DNA of 40,000 nucleotides from NCBI GenBank assembly GCA_019359315.1, contig JAHHHO010000021.1, positions 18,078 to 58,077 of the forward strand, read 5' to 3'. Below, one piece after another: positions 38,831 to 40,000 of this stretch. A model generated the notes under the pieces. The model was not told the origin of the DNA, did no database searches, and saw only the letters and a program-made list of their open reading frames with translations. Within the stretch, counting starts at the first letter, position 1. Every line of letters begins with the position of its first letter. The DNA comes from Myxacorys californica WJT36-NPBG1. GTDB taxonomy: Bacteria; Cyanobacteriota; Cyanobacteriia; Leptolyngbyales; Leptolyngbyaceae. Position numbers and translations under genes: made by a program.

Positions 38831-39389
38831 CCTCCCTCACAATCCTGAGTCTCATCTGATGCCACACGGGCATGACGGTGGTGTTCACCAGTTGTGTGGG
38901 TGGTGAACCTTTAACCTGAACAGTGCCATCTGGGTTAACTGTCACTTTCAGTTCGATCGGCATATCGACCGTTAGCTGCTCGATCGTCATTACACATCCC
39001 AGTTTGGGCGTGCCAATTTGTTTCTCATAGTCGGTCAACTTTTCGACCAGTTGAGCAAAGGGCGTGAGTAAGCTGCGATCGGGAGCTTTCGCTTGCGCTG
39101 CTGCATCAAACAGATCAAACCGATGGGATGAGGGAGGAACGGGAGCTTTGGGACGCAGGGTAATCTGCTTCACTAATGGTGCCATCGCCTCATCTCGCGT
39201 CATTACTTGTAGTTTGACGGCAGCATCGAAGAGGTTCCAGTTGGCGGGGGGTAGAGAGATGTTTGTGGTGGGGAGATTGGGTGAGATCAGGGGTTTGTTA
39301 GTGGACGGTTTCGAGGAGGATGAATTATCTTCCGTTACCATTGTGCTGCTCCTCCACTTTTGATTCCAGGGTGACGGGATACACACCAA
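38820..39389 (-). CDS. Hypothetical protein (~173-189 aa) with duplicated '(W/F)(N/D)LFDAA' motif and a C-terminal beta-rich module similar to the next gene's N-terminus
   Basis: 'NWNLFDAAVKLQ' and 'HRFDLFDAAAQAK'. The C-terminus reads 'LVEKLTDYEKQ...MTIEQLTVDMPIELKVTVNPDGTVQVKGSPP...HQMRLRI'. The probable start is ATG at 39341 ('MVTEDNSS'). Confidence 0.4.
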   Translation of the reverse strand: MVCIPSPWNQKWRSSTMVTEDNSSSSKPSTNKPLISPNLPTTNISLPPANWNLFDAAVKLQVMTRDEAMAPLVKQITLRPKAPVPPSSHRFDLFDAAAQAKAPDRSLLTPFAQLVEKLTDYEKQIGTPKLGCVMTIEQLTVDMPIELKVTVNPDGTVQVKGSPPTQLVNTTVMPVWHQMRLRIVREDDE

Positions 39390-40000
39390 CAGGTTGATCG
39401 AAGATGACTTTCATGCCGTTGAGCAGAATTGGTTCGTTAGATAGGGCGTAGTTGAGTCCTAACTGGATACTAGGAAATAATGTTTGAGATGAACTTATTG
39501 CTATAGCCTCTTGAGGAGATTTCTCTGATTCTGGTTTGTACTGAGCCCACAAGTCTGGCTGAACTTCCCAAGGGGGAGGTCCCTGTGTAAAAGTATGCTG
39601 TCCATTTCCCCACCAAAATTGAATTCGTTTTTGAAAATCAGCATCACCCCTGTTTCGGTATGCAAAGCGGAGTTCAGCAAAAGTGATAATTCGTAACTTA
39701 AAGCCGTCTTCCAACTTAAAATTGTACTTCGGTCCGAAACTAAAATTAACTACCTCCGGCTTAGTCACAACATCGTTCATGTGTCCAACAAGCTCTACAT
39801 CTAACGCAAAATGGACGAAGTGATTGTGCTTGACCAGAAACTGTAGAGCTGCCTTACTTTTTCTTCTCCATATTAAATTTGCAACAACATCATCACTCGA
39901 TGATGCCCCTAGATCATCCGGTTGCACAATTTCTTGAGTCTTATCAGATTCACGTAAGTACGCTGCAAAATCTTTGTTTATAGTTGGTACATTGTTCTTG
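39325..40000 (-). CDS. C-terminal part of a larger protein of unknown function (frame open to the window edge)
   Basis: The frame containing the track ORF (GTG at 39927) has no stop between 39928 and 40000 ('KNNVPTINKDFAAYLRESDKTQEIVQPDD...'). The gene therefore probably starts beyond 40000. No motif recognised. Confidence 0.5.
   Translation of the reverse strand, partial: KNNVPTINKDFAAYLRESDKTQEIVQPDDLGASSSDDVVANLIWRRKSKAALQFLVKHNHFVHFALDVELVGHMNDVVTKPEVVNFSFGPKYNFKLEDGFKLRIITFAELRFAYRNRGDADFQKRIQFWWGNGQHTFTQGPPPWEVQPDLWAQYKPESEKSPQEAIAISSSQTLFPSIQLGLNYALSNEPILLNGMKVIFDQPVGVYPVTLESKVEEQHNGNGR

Noticed and set aside
1-40000. tRNA, rRNA, retron/RT, integrase and attachment-site direct repeats flanking the island
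   Set aside because: I found no cloverleaf-like or rRNA-like sequence, no reverse transcriptase or tyrosine/serine recombinase ORF, and no long direct repeats by eye. Absence of short att repeats cannot be established without a computational self-alignment.

Overview
The window looks like a cyanobacterial chromosome segment. It has many HIP1 palindromes (GCGATCGC), an SLH-domain gene and a WD40 gene tail typical of cyanobacteria.

Layout:
- (a) 1-3.4 kb: a partial ImmA/IrrE peptidase gene, then an insertion graveyard. A WD40 gene is truncated by an IS1-like transposase gene, which is itself split by an intact ISL3 element.
- (b) 3.4-25.7 kb: a ~22 kb defence-type island. I read it as a non-canonical 7-deazaguanine (Dpd-like) DNA modification/restriction system.
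  - It carries queD-queE-queC. queE is frameshifted, and queC is broken by two different MITEs plus a nonsense codon.
  - These run into a DUF6884-like::DpdA transglycosylase fusion.
  - Two further divergent TGT/DpdA paralogues flank a PD-(D/E)XK protein.
  - The rest comprises a DGQHR (DpdB/DndB-like) protein, two UvrD-type helicases, a Cas4/AddB-like nuclease and a small RHH protein.
  - It ends with a 1662-aa DExH helicase carrying a DUF1998-type Cys cluster, a PLD-type nuclease and a TPR/DUF2325-like protein.
- (c) 25.8-29.1 kb: a full-length Tn7 TnsD homologue with no TnsABC. It is preceded by two small unknown genes and three 23-nt direct repeats that end in a TGTGG terminus-like sequence.
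- (d) 29.46-30.37 kb: an IS5-family element whose transposase carries a Trp-to-TGA change.
- (e) 30.4-40 kb: a minus-strand gene string. It holds an SLH-anchored protein with about fifteen 15-residue repeats, three very acidic proteins sharing an N-terminal '(N/D)RLFxLEQSL' motif, and three small or partial proteins of unknown function. One of the acidic proteins is 1280 aa, with an internal EndoU-like domain and C-terminal TM helices.

I found no rRNA, tRNA or CRISPR array. CDS coordinates follow the supplied ORF track. Coordinates of hand-derived features (repeats, TIRs, frameshift sites) should be taken as +/-2 nt. All family assignments come from motif recognition by eye, not from database searches.
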